64,000 nucleotides of DNA, taken from contig NW_013657661.1 in NCBI RefSeq assembly GCF_000142905.1, positions 310,001-374,000 on the forward strand. Reading direction: 5' to 3'. Positions within the stretch are counted from its first letter, which is position 1, and each line of letters starts with the position of its first letter. Source of the DNA: Thecamonas trahens ATCC 50062 (lineage: Eukaryota > Protista > Apusomonadida). The notes under the pieces were generated by a model, which did not search any database, was not told where the DNA came from, and saw only the letters and a list, made by a program, of their open reading frames with translations. Below are positions 31,671 to 42,221 of this stretch, one piece after another. The position numbers and the translations under genes were made by a program.

Positions 31671-32851
31671 ATGGCCGGTTCACTGCTCATTGTGGGCTTC
31701 TGTGTCTGCGGTGTGGTCGTGGCTCTGCTGCTTGTTCTTGCCTGCCTGTGGTCGACGCCGCTCGGCCGCTCCTTGCGCATCGCTCGCCAGGTTCTCCGGC
31801 CGGTCCGCGCGGGCATGATCGTGCTCAACGAGCCGGGTGCTACGGGTGTGAGCCATGGTCAAGGAGCGTCGAGCTCAGATGAAAGCGTCAGCGTGACCGA
31901 GAGCTCGGGCGTTACCGATGGGCGAACGAGAGCGACAACTGGGAGAGCAACGAGAAGACCGACGACGGTGTGGCAATGGACGACGTGGCGGTGGCGCTTG
32001 ATGATGACGGAGAAGGAGACGCGTCGCGGGAGAGGCTGGATGTAGCGGCGCTCGCACGGCGGATCAACGGTGCAGTCTTGACGTTGTACGCAGATCATTT
32101 GTCGGACGACGGGCGGCAGGTCGACTACGCGTCGATGCGGGCGTCGACGGCGTTTGGGCAGTATGTGGCAGAGGTGGCGCGGCTGGCGGACGAGGTCACA
32201 GTCGACCAGCTCTGCGATCTGACGGACGACCAGGTCAAGGCCACGTTTATCAATTTATACAACGCGATCGTCATTCATGCGACAGTTGTGCGCGGAGCGC
32301 CGGGCGACATGGCTCAGCGCACTTCGTTCTTTGCCCAGTCGGCGTACCGCATTGGGGGGGAGCTCCTCTCGCTTGACGACATCGAGCATGGCGTGCTGCG
32401 CGGCAACGCGGTCCACCCTGCGCCGTGGTTCCGCGGCTCGCAACTCGACGTGGCTCGCAGGCCGCAGCTCGCGGCGCTGGCGGCGCGGATGCGGCCGGTC
32501 GACCCCCGTATCCACTTTGCCCTGGTCTGCGGCGCAGTCTCGTGCCCGCCGATCCGGGTATTCACCTCGCGGAATCTCGAGTTTGGCCTCGACGCAGCGG
32601 CGGCCAACTTTTGCAGCCAGAGCGTGCGCGCGGTCGGCGAAAGAGCGCTTGAGCTCTCGTCGATCTTCAAGTGGTATGCGTGCGACTTTGCACCGTCGGT
32701 GGTGAGCTGGCTCGCCGAGCGCTCAGACCAGCTCTTTCGCAGCTCTGAGTCTCCCGAGGCCGATGTGCTTGCGGTACTTGCAGCCGCACAGCGTGGCGAG
32801 CAGGTCTCGCTCAGCTACGCAGCGTACGACTGGTCACTCAACGGGCACTGA
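31671..32851 (+). CDS. DUF547-domain protein, probably with an N-terminal membrane anchor joined through a frameshift at ~31920
   Basis: VDY, FINLYNA, SLDDIEHGVLR, DPRIHFALVCGAVSCP, LSSIFKWY..DF, YDWSLN. The upstream ORF from ATG 31671 has a TM helix and joins on adding one G. Confidence 0.8.
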
Positions 32852-32885
32852 GCGAGAGCGGCCGCGCGCGGCGGCGGGCGGCCGG

Positions 32886-34688
32886 CTACACCTCGCCCGG
32901 CTCCAAGTTGTCGCCGGGGTGTGGAGTTGGCGCTGCGCCATATTCGCTTGCCAAGCCTGCATCCCAGCCATCGTCCGGGAGTTCGACATGGCGCATGGAA
33001 GGTGCAGCCATGCCTGCGCGAAAGTCGGCGACGACGTCGGGCCGGGTGGCGAGGCAGTGGGCGAGCTGGCGCTCAAACAGCGCAAGCGCACGTGTGTAGA
33101 GCTGCAGATCGAGGGCGTTGTGGGCAAGGACAAGGGCGGCAAGCTCGTCGTCAACGTCAAAGAGGCGCATGCCATCGGTCTTGTTGGCAACAAGCGAGTG
33201 CGAGGCAAAGGCGACGCCGAGATTGTGGGCGTCGATGCCGACACGACAGGAGAGGAGGACGAGCGAGTCGTTGAACCGCTCGGCAATGCCTACGAAAGCC
33301 ATGGACGCCACATGCTTCCACGCCATCTCGAGCATGGCGTCTGGCGAGGGGTAGACTTCATGGGGATGGGCGTCCGAGTGGCCAGCGAGCATGGAAGTCA
33401 TGCGGTTCGAGGCTCCGACAGCGTTGGCTGGCTCGGTGACGTATGCCGCGCAGCCGTCACGGGTGGGCGCACCCGGTGCGATCAGGCCCGAATCCCAGAT
33501 GCAGTCCTGGCCGGCGTTAAACTTGTACTCGGAAATGACGCGGTCAAGTGGGTGCCGCAGCATGGTAGCAAGAAGGAGCGAGCGGCACTGGCGGATGGTC
33601 CAGACGCGCCACGCGCGTTCTTCAGCGAGCTCGCGGGCGCGGGTGATGTTGCGCGGTGCGCCGGGTTCCGTGCCTTCCTCCACCTTCTCCTGCGCTGCGC
33701 GCAGGTAGGCTTCGCGGAGGTTGGTGTGGAGCGGCGGACCGGCGAGGACGCGGTTCATGGCGTCGGCCTGATCCATCTGCGCTTTCACGGCAAACTTGTC
33801 GAGACTTTCGCCCCACGCGCTGTTGGCCGGCCGTGCCATCGACAGCAGCGCCCGCTTTCCCTGACCTTTGGGACGGAGCGGTGGTGGCGGAACAATGGGC
33901 GAGAGCGCCATCGACGCGTTGAGCATCACGCTGTAGCCAACAACTTCCGAGTCGGGCATGGGGTAAACCTCCGGGAGGATGCATGCCGGGCGGCGGTAGG
34001 GTACGCCGCGACGATGGGCTACAAACGGGCGGAGGAGGTCGGCGTAGTCTGCATGCGGCTCGACAAGTAGGCGGCAGCGCATGACGTGTGAGTACGAGGT
34101 GAGCGGAGCAATGGCTTCGACGCAATTGCGAAAGTGGGTGCAGTTGGTCGGAAGATCGCGGGTCTTGGTCACGCAGAACGATTGCCTGCACTGCATCGGC
34201 TGCAGGCCGAACGCGTGCGTCACAGCCGCCCGGAGGACTGCGGTAAAGGTCTTGGTCGCCGTCTTCTGGATGCGAACAAAAGCAAACCAGTCAGACGGCG
34301 TAAAGTCCACCGCAAACTCGATGTGGCTCTGCGGGACCGACGTGACAGCAGCATCGGCGCCGTTCTTCAGCGTTTCGGGCAGCGGGCGTGATCCGGCTTT
34401 GCTCCACCGGGCCCACTCTTGCTGCCGAGCCAGTTGCTTCTTCCGCTCCGCGTCAGATCCGTCTCGCCAGTTGCTCTGCCCACTCGACTTGCTCTCTCCA
34501 CCAGAGCTGCTGTCTCGACTATCCGAGCCTGAGTGCGTGCCATCAGTGGCACGTGCGAGAAGCTCGGCTGACTCGTGCGAGGTTGCCGGGGCGGACGACG
34601 GCGCCAGAGCGAGTTGGAGGCAGACCAGCACCGCCAGCACCACCAGCACCACCCGTAGCCATGTGCTGGACCATGGAGTGAAGCCCAT
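32886..34688 (-). CDS. Golgi-type sulfotransferase, heparan sulfate 6-O-sulfotransferase-like
   Basis: Type II anchor; 5'-PSB FVRIQKTATKTF; HADY; 3'-PB TMLRHPLDRVISEY; NRMTSMLA; MAFVGIAE; NALDLQLY..A..LF. Confidence 0.8.
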   Translation of the reverse strand: MGFTPWSSTWLRVVLVVLAVLVCLQLALAPSSAPATSHESAELLARATDGTHSGSDSRDSSSGGESKSSGQSNWRDGSDAERKKQLARQQEWARWSKAGSRPLPETLKNGADAAVTSVPQSHIEFAVDFTPSDWFAFVRIQKTATKTFTAVLRAAVTHAFGLQPMQCRQSFCVTKTRDLPTNCTHFRNCVEAIAPLTSYSHVMRCRLLVEPHADYADLLRPFVAHRRGVPYRRPACILPEVYPMPDSEVVGYSVMLNASMALSPIVPPPPLRPKGQGKRALLSMARPANSAWGESLDKFAVKAQMDQADAMNRVLAGPPLHTNLREAYLRAAQEKVEEGTEPGAPRNITRARELAEERAWRVWTIRQCRSLLLATMLRHPLDRVISEYKFNAGQDCIWDSGLIAPGAPTRDGCAAYVTEPANAVGASNRMTSMLAGHSDAHPHEVYPSPDAMLEMAWKHVASMAFVGIAERFNDSLVLLSCRVGIDAHNLGVAFASHSLVANKTDGMRLFDVDDELAALVLAHNALDLQLYTRALALFERQLAHCLATRPDVVADFRAGMAAPSMRHVELPDDGWDAGLASEYGAAPTPHPGDNLEPGEV

Positions 34689-34839
34689 GGGTGGAGGAAG
34701 GGGGATGGGGGGGAGGAGTGTGCGAGTATGGAAGTGTGGGGTTGGCGTGGGTCGTGGAGGGCGGCGCCCGACTTTGGTTTGAGCGGGCGACACGACGACA
34801 CGATGGTGACTGCTGCGAGAGCACTGCGATCGTGTGTAT

Positions 34840-34840
<1 letters not shown>

Positions 34841-34888
<48 letters not shown>
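34841..34888. repeat. (GT)n microsatellite
   Basis: About 24 GT units, i.e. (CA)n on the coding strand upstream of the sulfotransferase. Confidence 0.95.
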
Positions 34889-34891
<3 letters not shown>

Positions 34892-34951
34892 GCGGTGATG
34901 ATGGCGGTGGTGGTGGCGGTAGAGACGATGCGGTCATGCGTGACGCGGTTC

Positions 34952-35959
34952 CTAGACCAGATGGGCACCGGTGGCAAGAAAGCCATGGCTGCCTGTGGAG
35001 AGAAAGCCCTGCGCGCGAGCTTCAGCGGCAGCGCGGGCCTGATGAGCACGCGAAAGAGCCTCGACGCCGCGGGCAAAGATGACGGCGGTGTAGACGACCG
35101 AGATGAGGAGCTGGAGTGAGACGGCAAAGTAGGTGTACCACACGGCAGGGACGATGTCGCCAAAGCCGGCGGTGGTCATGGCGGTGAGCGAAAAGTAGAG
35201 CATGCGGATAAAGGTGGCCGCGTAGGTGGAAGAGTGGCTGAGCTCGGAGCCGTCGGTAGTCTCGTGAGCAAACGAGGCGGGGAGGCCGCGGAAGGACGAG
35301 GGGCGGATGCGATACAGTAGGGTGTAGACGCCGGCAAAGAGAAGGACAGTGGAGAGATAGGACTGCATAAGGAAGACACCTGTGGCCGAGCCATGCAGCA
35401 GCTGCTTGGTTAGCTTGATCGAGGTCATGACGATGGCCAGGAGCATGACTGACTGGAAGACGACGAGGACGCCGATGCCAATATCGACAGACGCGGCGTG
35501 CGAGCCCGAGGTCGACGATCCGGCCTCTGTCAGTGTCAAGATGAGCATGAGCGCAGCTTGCCACAGCACCGACCAGACGAGCAGATACTGGGTGATAAAC
35601 CGCGGGATCTTGTGCCGCTTCCGCCGCGGCATGATCAGCCGTGGCGACCCGCCGCCTGATGGTGCCAGCCGCGGTGCTGTGGAGCTGTTTCCGGAGCCGA
35701 CCTCGTCGTCTTGTGCATAGAGCGGGACCTGATGAGTGAGGAGTGAGGTCTGCTCATTGCCTAGTTCGACCTCGAACAGTGTGTGGTCATCGGTGTGGTA
35801 TGGATGGAGGACCAGCGGCCGATGCCTGGCGGCGCGGCTGGCGTCTCCCGGCCGCCTGCTCGGCTCCCGCTCGCGCTCTCGCCCGCGCCGCTCGCCCTGC
35901 CCCGCGCCGGCTAGCGTCCGCGACAGGCTCGCTGCCCGACCAGAGGCATTGTTCGACAT
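34952..35959 (-). CDS. Potassium channel pore protein (Ion_trans_2 type) with extra N-terminal TM helices
   Basis: Pore helix and filter LYFSLTAMTTAGFGDIVP between TM helices. Confidence 0.88.
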   Translation of the reverse strand: MSNNASGRAASLSRTLAGAGQGERRGREREREPSRRPGDASRAARHRPLVLHPYHTDDHTLFEVELGNEQTSLLTHQVPLYAQDDEVGSGNSSTAPRLAPSGGGSPRLIMPRRKRHKIPRFITQYLLVWSVLWQAALMLILTLTEAGSSTSGSHAASVDIGIGVLVVFQSVMLLAIVMTSIKLTKQLLHGSATGVFLMQSYLSTVLLFAGVYTLLYRIRPSSFRGLPASFAHETTDGSELSHSSTYAATFIRMLYFSLTAMTTAGFGDIVPAVWYTYFAVSLQLLISVVYTAVIFARGVEALSRAHQARAAAEARAQGFLSTGSHGFLATGAHLV

Positions 35960-36116
35960 GGCGGCGGGCCGGAGTCCGAGTGCGGTGGCGGGGGGTTCGG
36001 TCGGGCGGGAGTTGCCGGGTGTGGCTGGCGTGGGTATGGTCTGGTGGTGGCGCCGCCCGATTTGGCGTGGCGGCCGTCAGGCATGGGAGAGCTTTGGTCT
36101 TGCATTTTTACGTGGT

Positions 36117-37577
36117 CTACTCCTCGTCGTCGGCAGAGTCGTCGCCGTCGACCTCGGCGTTGGCGCGCTCGAGATCCTTGAGGAGGGCGGTAAAGTCCTT
36201 CTCGTCGCGCTCCGAAGTGGCGCGCGGCGGGATCTTGAGGTTCATCTTGCCGCCGGCCTCCTCGATGACAGCCTTGGTGCGTGCGATGGCCTCGTTGAGG
36301 AGCGCAGTGCCCTTGTCGGTGTTGTTGGCGGTGGTGAGGAAGACGTAGAGCGGCGGGGCGACGAGCTTGACTGAGACCTGGGCGTCGGCATCGCCGTCGT
36401 CGTCTGCGGCGGCGTCGTCGCCGTCCGAGGGCAGGTCTGCGGCGGAGATCTCGCCAGCACGCAGGGCACGCTTGATGGCCTCGATGCCCTCGTAGGTGTC
36501 GCACGAGACCTCGACGTCGGCCCGGAGGCGGACGGCAGACGGGGTGAGCCGGCGGCGGATCATCTTCATGAGCGTCTCGTAGACCTCGGGCTCAATGTCA
36601 AACTCGCCAAAGACCTCCTCCTCGTTCTGGATGGCCTTGCAGAACCCGATGTACGCATGTCCGTACTTCTTGTAGAGAGGCCAGCCAAACTGGACGTACA
36701 GGTCCTCCAGCACCTTGCCGGTCACCTTGGCCGTCTGCCGCATGATGGTGTGCACCTCCTTGGACTTTGCGTACTTCTCCTCCAGCTGCGCAATGTCCTT
36801 CTCCTCCACACGCCGCTTTGAGAGATCAATGTAGCCTGCACCATTCCCGGACATTACCGTGGTGAGTCCACACTCTGCACACTACACTCTGCATTCCACC
36901 ATTCCGTTCCCATTCCCACCACCACCACCACCACCACCACCACAACCATCATCATCATCATCATCATCAGCCATCTTGGTCGGCCGACAGAAAATTGGCC
37001 ACACCAATGAGCCAAGGCGAAAGCCACCACATCCCCAGCGTCCCACCTCCATGCACGCATACCACCGACCCCCCCCCCCCCTTTCAAACCACATCATCTT
37101 GTGTGTGACAGTGGGTATGTAAACCGGAGGATGTGGTGTGTGTAGGGGTGTGTGTAGGGGGAGATTGTGGCGTGTGTGTGTGGGGGGGGTGTCTGATGGG
37201 CGTTCGACGAGCCATGCTCGGCAAGTTGAGAAGGGAGGGAGGGATGGGCATGGGGGGAGGGGGAGGGGAAGGGAGGTGGTTAGAAGGGGGAGGGGGGATA
37301 GTGGAAAGGTTGGCGTACCCTTCTCCTTGTCGACGCGGAGGACGGCGACAACCTCGTTACGGCCGACGCGAATGAGCTTGGGGATGGAGCGGATGCGGCG
37401 CTTGGAGAGCTCCGAGAGGAGGATCATGCCCTCGATGTTGTTGTACTCGAGGAGGGCAACGTAGGCACCCATCTCCGCCACAGACCGCACGTTGACCATC
37501 ACAGGCTCGTCAATGTCTGGGAACTTCTTCTCGTACATCCGGCACGACAGGGGGTCCGAAGGTGCTCCGCTCGACAT
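36117..37577 (-). CDS. EIF2S1: Translation initiation factor eIF2-alpha; exons 37577-37319 and 36835-36117
   Basis: [38 protein letters not shown] (Ser51 site). VDKEKG|YIDLSKRRV is joined across intron 36836-37318 (GTACGC...CAG). Confidence 0.97.
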
Positions 37578-37663
37578 GGTTAAAGGGGGTCGAGTCAAGT
37601 GTGGCTCTGTCTCTCTGGTTGATGGTCAGCGAGCGGCCGGCGGCCGGCGGCCGGCGGTGGGCG

Positions 37664-37708
<45 letters not shown>

Positions 37709-40700
37709 CTACGGCTGTTTCGGCTTGTGATTGCGGCGGAGAGAGGCCTTAAAGGCGGCATCGACGAAGGCGACGACGTTCGAATCGGGCGGAAGCTTGG
37801 CATCGGCCCAGTCGGGGTCGTGCATGGCCTTGTAGGTGACGCTCGACATGAGGCCGGCCGGATAGACGAAGCGGCCGTCGAGAACGGTTTTGCGACGGGC
37901 GGAGAGCTCGGCGGCGTCGACGCGGGCAGATGTCCTCAAGAGGACGCGGACCTGCTCGGCGGCGACAGTGCCGAGCTCGCTGGTTTCGGGGTCGTCGTCG
38001 TCGCGGACGGTGGCCATACGCTCGGTGAGCCAGGAGAGGGCAGCAGGCAGGGTCTCTGGCGTCGGAGCGAGGCGGCGGACGATGGCGGTGGTAAGAAACA
38101 CCACCTGAGAGGTAGGCCGCGAGCGGGCAACAGTAGTGAGTGCGTCAGCAAAGATGGGCGAGTCAAGCATGGCGCGGGCAATGGATGGCACGGCGGCCAA
38201 GTTGGCGAGGATGCCGAGAATGAGATGCAGCGGGAGCGGAGCAAGCTTGGAGCCCTTGCGAGCCGCGGCGCGGAGGAGCCGGATCCAGGCTGCCAAGCCG
38301 TCGGCATGTGGGGCATGCAGTGTTGCCGACGCGTAGCGTGATAGCCTAGAGAGAAGCCAGACCGGGCCGAGAAGGGCAAGAAGCAGCGGGGTATCAGCAA
38401 GCTCAAACGGTTCGACCGCGGCAAGCTTGGCGGCAAGGAGTTGGACGACGCCGACAACGACGCGGTTTTCTGGGTCGCGAAAGAACGGCGCGGTGACAGA
38501 GACCGCCAGCAGCAGCTCGTAGGCGAGGGCGGCGAGGCGGGCGGCGACGCCGAGCGCAAATCTGTAGTCGTCCATGGCGGTGTGGGCGAGCGAGTGCTCG
38601 AGGCAGCGGCCCAAGACTCGCTCGACAACGTGAAAGATAAAGCCGGCGGTAATCGAGCCACCATCGCCTAGGCTGAGCAAGAGCGGGAGGACAGCAGTGT
38701 GGGTGGCCATAAAGGTGAGGAGCGAGGTGAGGACGTCCAGCAGCTCCGTCTCCGGCTCCATCATGCAGATGCGGAGAACGGCGGCAGCGAGCCGGGGCAG
38801 GGCGACGGGCGCATAGCCGGAAAAGGCCTTGGCCGGGCCGGGTGCGGACTCGTCGATCGCAAAAAACAGGACGTGCGCCATGTACTTGGGCCTAGCACGG
38901 AGCATGGCGTCAACGAGGGCGATGAGCGCCTTGAGCAGCTTACGGAGAACGGTGGCGTCGTCCGACCGCGGCCGGACCGAGGCAAGCAGATTGGCGACCG
39001 AGCTCCAGGTGTGGAGGATAACGACGACAACGTCCGAGGTCTCGAGCCGGAGCACGGCCCGCGGGTGAGAGGCGAGGATGACCAGGAGGTCGACGAGACA
39101 AACGTGGAGGTCGAGATCAGCAAGAGCAAGGGTGATGACAAAGTCCTTGATCGGGGCGGTGCCAACCGGAGTCGGCGGCTCGGCGAGGAGCTCCTGGCGG
39201 TGGGCCGAGAGGTCAACAAGCTTGTCGTCGGTCGGGTCGAAAAGAGCCGTCGACGCGGCGCCGAGGCCAAATACGGTGCGGCGGTCGAGCTGGCGGGCGC
39301 GCGAGGCGTTCCTCGTGCGGCGCAACCGGCTCTGGCGCTTCTGCTCGCGGCGGAGCCGGTCGGCGACGGTGTCGACGGTGGCGCGGCGGCGCTTGAATCG
39401 CTTCCGCGGCTTCCGCTTGATCCGGATCCGGTTGTCGAGCGCGTCCATGTCGTACGAGTAGACGGAGGACGCGTCGTCGTCAGTCATCGACGAGTACGAG
39501 TACGCGTCAGAGTCGTCGCCGTCCAAACCGGCCGATGATGGGAGAAGACGAGACGGCGCACCTGGGAGGGCGAGGAACGGCGTGCCTGTTGCATGGCTCG
39601 GCGTCTGCGGCGCTTGCAGTGCAGCAGATGGAAGGAGCGTGGCAAAGTAGGCTGGGAAGAGCGAGACAAGGCTCGGCTCCGAGTCGAAGAGCACGTCCAG
39701 AAGCTCGTCGACGGCAGCCGGCGGGAGCTCGTCCTTGCGCGGCCCGGCGAGTCGGCCGCGAACAAGCTGTAGCAGGGCTTTGCTCGCCTGGTGCAGGACG
39801 TACGAGCCAGAGACCATGGCGGCAAGGTTGGCGAGAAGGCCAGGGATGACGAGCGGGAGGACAAGCTCCGGGAGGAGGACTGAGGAACGGTAGAGGAGGC
39901 GAAAGCACGAGTCGGCGAGCGGGCGCGGAGTGTTGCGGCAGGCCAACTGGGCGAGGGCAAAGGTTGCCACCTGCTCAGCGACCGACGCCGGGTAGCCGGA
40001 AAAGGCGAGGATGGAGGTGACCTCGGCGAGGACTGTCGGCGGCCCACCAACGACAAGATGGCGGAGCAGGGTCGGCAGCAGCGAGGCTGGATCAAAGTCG
40101 GAGGCGGCATCGACGGCTGAGACAGCCGAGAGCGCGCGCATGACGTGGACGGCCACGTCAGGCTTGGCGTCGAGGCCGCCGAGAACGGCCCACAGCGTCG
40201 GAATGGCGGCCGAGCCCGAGACGCCGGCTATGCCCTGAGGCGAGTCGGCGAGGGCGCCAAGGGCGAGTGCAATCGAGACGAGCGCGTCGTCGGTGAGCGC
40301 AACGCGGAGCTCGGCCGAGGTGAGAGCGGCCACTAGGGCCGGAACAAGGCCACATGCCACCAGCGAGGCGTGGGCCTGGCGGCAGCGGGCGAGATTGAGG
40401 ACGGCGTAGGCAGCCATCTGACGGGAGGCCGGGTCGAGGCAAAGGGAGTTGACCAGATCGAGGAGCGGCGGGACAAGGGCTTTGTCCGAGGCCCAGGCGG
40501 CGGCAATCGAGTTAAAGGCCGAGAGATCGGCGAGGAGCGCAAAGGCGTAGCTGACAAGGCGGTGGTCCGGGACGGCAGCGAGAGCGTCCGGAAGGAGGCC
40601 GAGGACAACGGCGATGGCCTTGGCGCGGAAGAGCGCCTCGTGGATCGGCGGCGCGGCAGCGAGGAGGGCGCGGAGGAGGGCGATGAAGCGCGAAGCAAGA

Positions 40701-41062
40701 TCGGCGTGCGGGAGCGATGCCGCCGCAACATCAGGCATGGCTTCGCGGACAAGGCGGAGCAGGTGCGGGGCGACGTCGAGAGCAGCGGCCAGCTCGCTCG
40801 CCGACTCGGACTCTGCAGTGTAGAGCAGGAGCGTGTCGAGGAGGGTTCCCAGCTGGGGATCCGGATGGGCATGGGCCGAGGCCAGCGCATGGGCAAGGAC
40901 TGGGAGCAGGCCCGCAGCGACAAGCGTCGCCCGATCTGGCCTGTGCACCGAGGCGAGTGCGATGGCCCTCAGCCGTGCCTCGCGCTTGCTCGCCTTGCTC
41001 GCTGTGTAAGCCGCCCGTAGCTTCCCTGCCTTGGCTAACGAGAGGTGCTTCCTGTGGCGCAT
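37709..41062 (-). CDS. Armadillo/HEAT-repeat protein with a central acidic-then-basic insert
   Basis: Repeated G.VP.LV..L and AL.NLA patterns; KRKPRKRFKRRR NLS-like segment. Confidence 0.8.
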   Translation of the reverse strand: MRHRKHLSLAKAGKLRAAYTASKASKREARLRAIALASVHRPDRATLVAAGLLPVLAHALASAHAHPDPQLGTLLDTLLLYTAESESASELAAALDVAPHLLRLVREAMPDVAAASLPHADLASRFIALLRALLAAAPPIHEALFRAKAIAVVLGLLPDALAAVPDHRLVSYAFALLADLSAFNSIAAAWASDKALVPPLLDLVNSLCLDPASRQMAAYAVLNLARCRQAHASLVACGLVPALVAALTSAELRVALTDDALVSIALALGALADSPQGIAGVSGSAAIPTLWAVLGGLDAKPDVAVHVMRALSAVSAVDAASDFDPASLLPTLLRHLVVGGPPTVLAEVTSILAFSGYPASVAEQVATFALAQLACRNTPRPLADSCFRLLYRSSVLLPELVLPLVIPGLLANLAAMVSGSYVLHQASKALLQLVRGRLAGPRKDELPPAAVDELLDVLFDSEPSLVSLFPAYFATLLPSAALQAPQTPSHATGTPFLALPGAPSRLLPSSAGLDGDDSDAYSYSSMTDDDASSVYSYDMDALDNRIRIKRKPRKRFKRRRATVDTVADRLRREQKRQSRLRRTRNASRARQLDRRTVFGLGAASTALFDPTDDKLVDLSAHRQELLAEPPTPVGTAPIKDFVITLALADLDLHVCLVDLLVILASHPRAVLRLETSDVVVVILHTWSSVANLLASVRPRSDDATVLRKLLKALIALVDAMLRARPKYMAHVLFFAIDESAPGPAKAFSGYAPVALPRLAAAVLRICMMEPETELLDVLTSLLTFMATHTAVLPLLLSLGDGGSITAGFIFHVVERVLGRCLEHSLAHTAMDDYRFALGVAARLAALAYELLLAVSVTAPFFRDPENRVVVGVVQLLAAKLAAVEPFELADTPLLLALLGPVWLLSRLSRYASATLHAPHADGLAAWIRLLRAAARKGSKLAPLPLHLILGILANLAAVPSIARAMLDSPIFADALTTVARSRPTSQVVFLTTAIVRRLAPTPETLPAALSWLTERMATVRDDDDPETSELGTVAAEQVRVLLRTSARVDAAELSARRKTVLDGRFVYPAGLMSSVTYKAMHDPDWADAKLPPDSNVVAFVDAAFKASLRRNHKPKQP

Positions 41063-41315
41063 GCGCCTTGTCGGACCGCCCACGCCAGAGGAGCGGGAGG
41101 GGTGTGGGGACGACGTGGACGGGTGAGAGGGAGGTGGTGAAGGGAGGCAGAAGGAGGTGGGTGGGTGGAGATGGGGGGTGGGGGGTGGGACACCAAAAAA
41201 TAGTTGCCAGGCGTGTCTTGCAGGGACAGGCACCGATCTCAAGCCGACGGCGGCGTTGGGAGCGGGCAGCGCAGCACTCAGCTCTTCGCATCAAAAAGGC
41301 AGTGGGACGTCGGTA

Positions 41316-42164
41316 ATGTCACGAGCCAGAGCAAGTGGGCATCCGTTAGTGGCGGCTGTGGTGGAGGTGCTGATGCCTGCGGCGGACGCGGCGGCGGCAA
41401 AGGCCATGACCAAGTACCTGCAGGACGCGGCATCGTTTCTCGGGTTGAAGAAGCCGGATCGGGTTGTGCTGACCAAAGACATCATCACATCGCATCCGAT
41501 GGCGTCGCATGACGAGCTGGAGACGGTCGTCCGCGAGCTGTATGCGCTGCCGCAGCGCGAGTTCCACTACACGGCTTTGGAAGTGTTTTCCAAGGCCAAG
41601 AAGGTGTGGGAGCCCAAGGCCTCGCTCGATCTCGCACGCTACATGGTGGTGACCGAGCCGTGGTGGGATACGGTCGACATGATTGCTTCACATGCTGTTG
41701 GCGGCCTACGGGCCAAGTTCCCGGCCGATCTCCAGCTGAAAGCGACAGTGGCGAGCTGGATCGCAGACGACTCGTTCTGGGTCCAGCGGGCGAGCATCCT
41801 CCATCAGCTGCGGTTCCGTGACAAGACCGACGAGAGCCTGCTCTTTGCCTCGGCCTCGCACCTCCTCTCCAACAAGCGTGATCCAGCCGAGTACAGCCAT
41901 GCGCGCGAGCGGTTCTTCCTCGACAAGGCCATCGGCTGGGCGCTGCGCCAGTACTCGACACACAACCCGGAGGCTGTTGCCAACTACGTCGCGAAGCATT
42001 CAAGCCTCATGTCCAAACTCACCTTTCGCGAGGCTACTCGTCGGTTGCCTGCCGATCTGCGGACCGAGCTCGCACCGCACGCCGATGTCGGGAGGAAGCG
42101 CGCAGTTCGCCAAGCGCGGGCCAGCGAGTCCAACTCGGCTGCCGAGGACGAGCACAAGAAGTAA
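41316..42164 (+). CDS. alkD: AlkD-like DNA alkylation repair (HEAT-like glycosylase family) protein
   Basis: A.AM.KY....FLG.K.P.R, REF.Y.A, WWDTVD, FWVQRASIL.QL..DKTD..LLF, FFLDKAIGWALRQYS..NPEAV. Confidence 0.85.
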   Translation: MSRARASGHPLVAAVVEVLMPAADAAAAKAMTKYLQDAASFLGLKKPDRVVLTKDIITSHPMASHDELETVVRELYALPQREFHYTALEVFSKAKKVWEPKASLDLARYMVVTEPWWDTVDMIASHAVGGLRAKFPADLQLKATVASWIADDSFWVQRASILHQLRFRDKTDESLLFASASHLLSNKRDPAEYSHARERFFLDKAIGWALRQYSTHNPEAVANYVAKHSSLMSKLTFREATRRLPADLRTELAPHADVGRKRAVRQARASESNSAAEDEHKK

Positions 42165-42221
42165 AGGCGGCGCGTGGCACCTCTCGTCGCACCGTTCCGG
42201 TAGAGAGGCTGCTGCGGGTGG

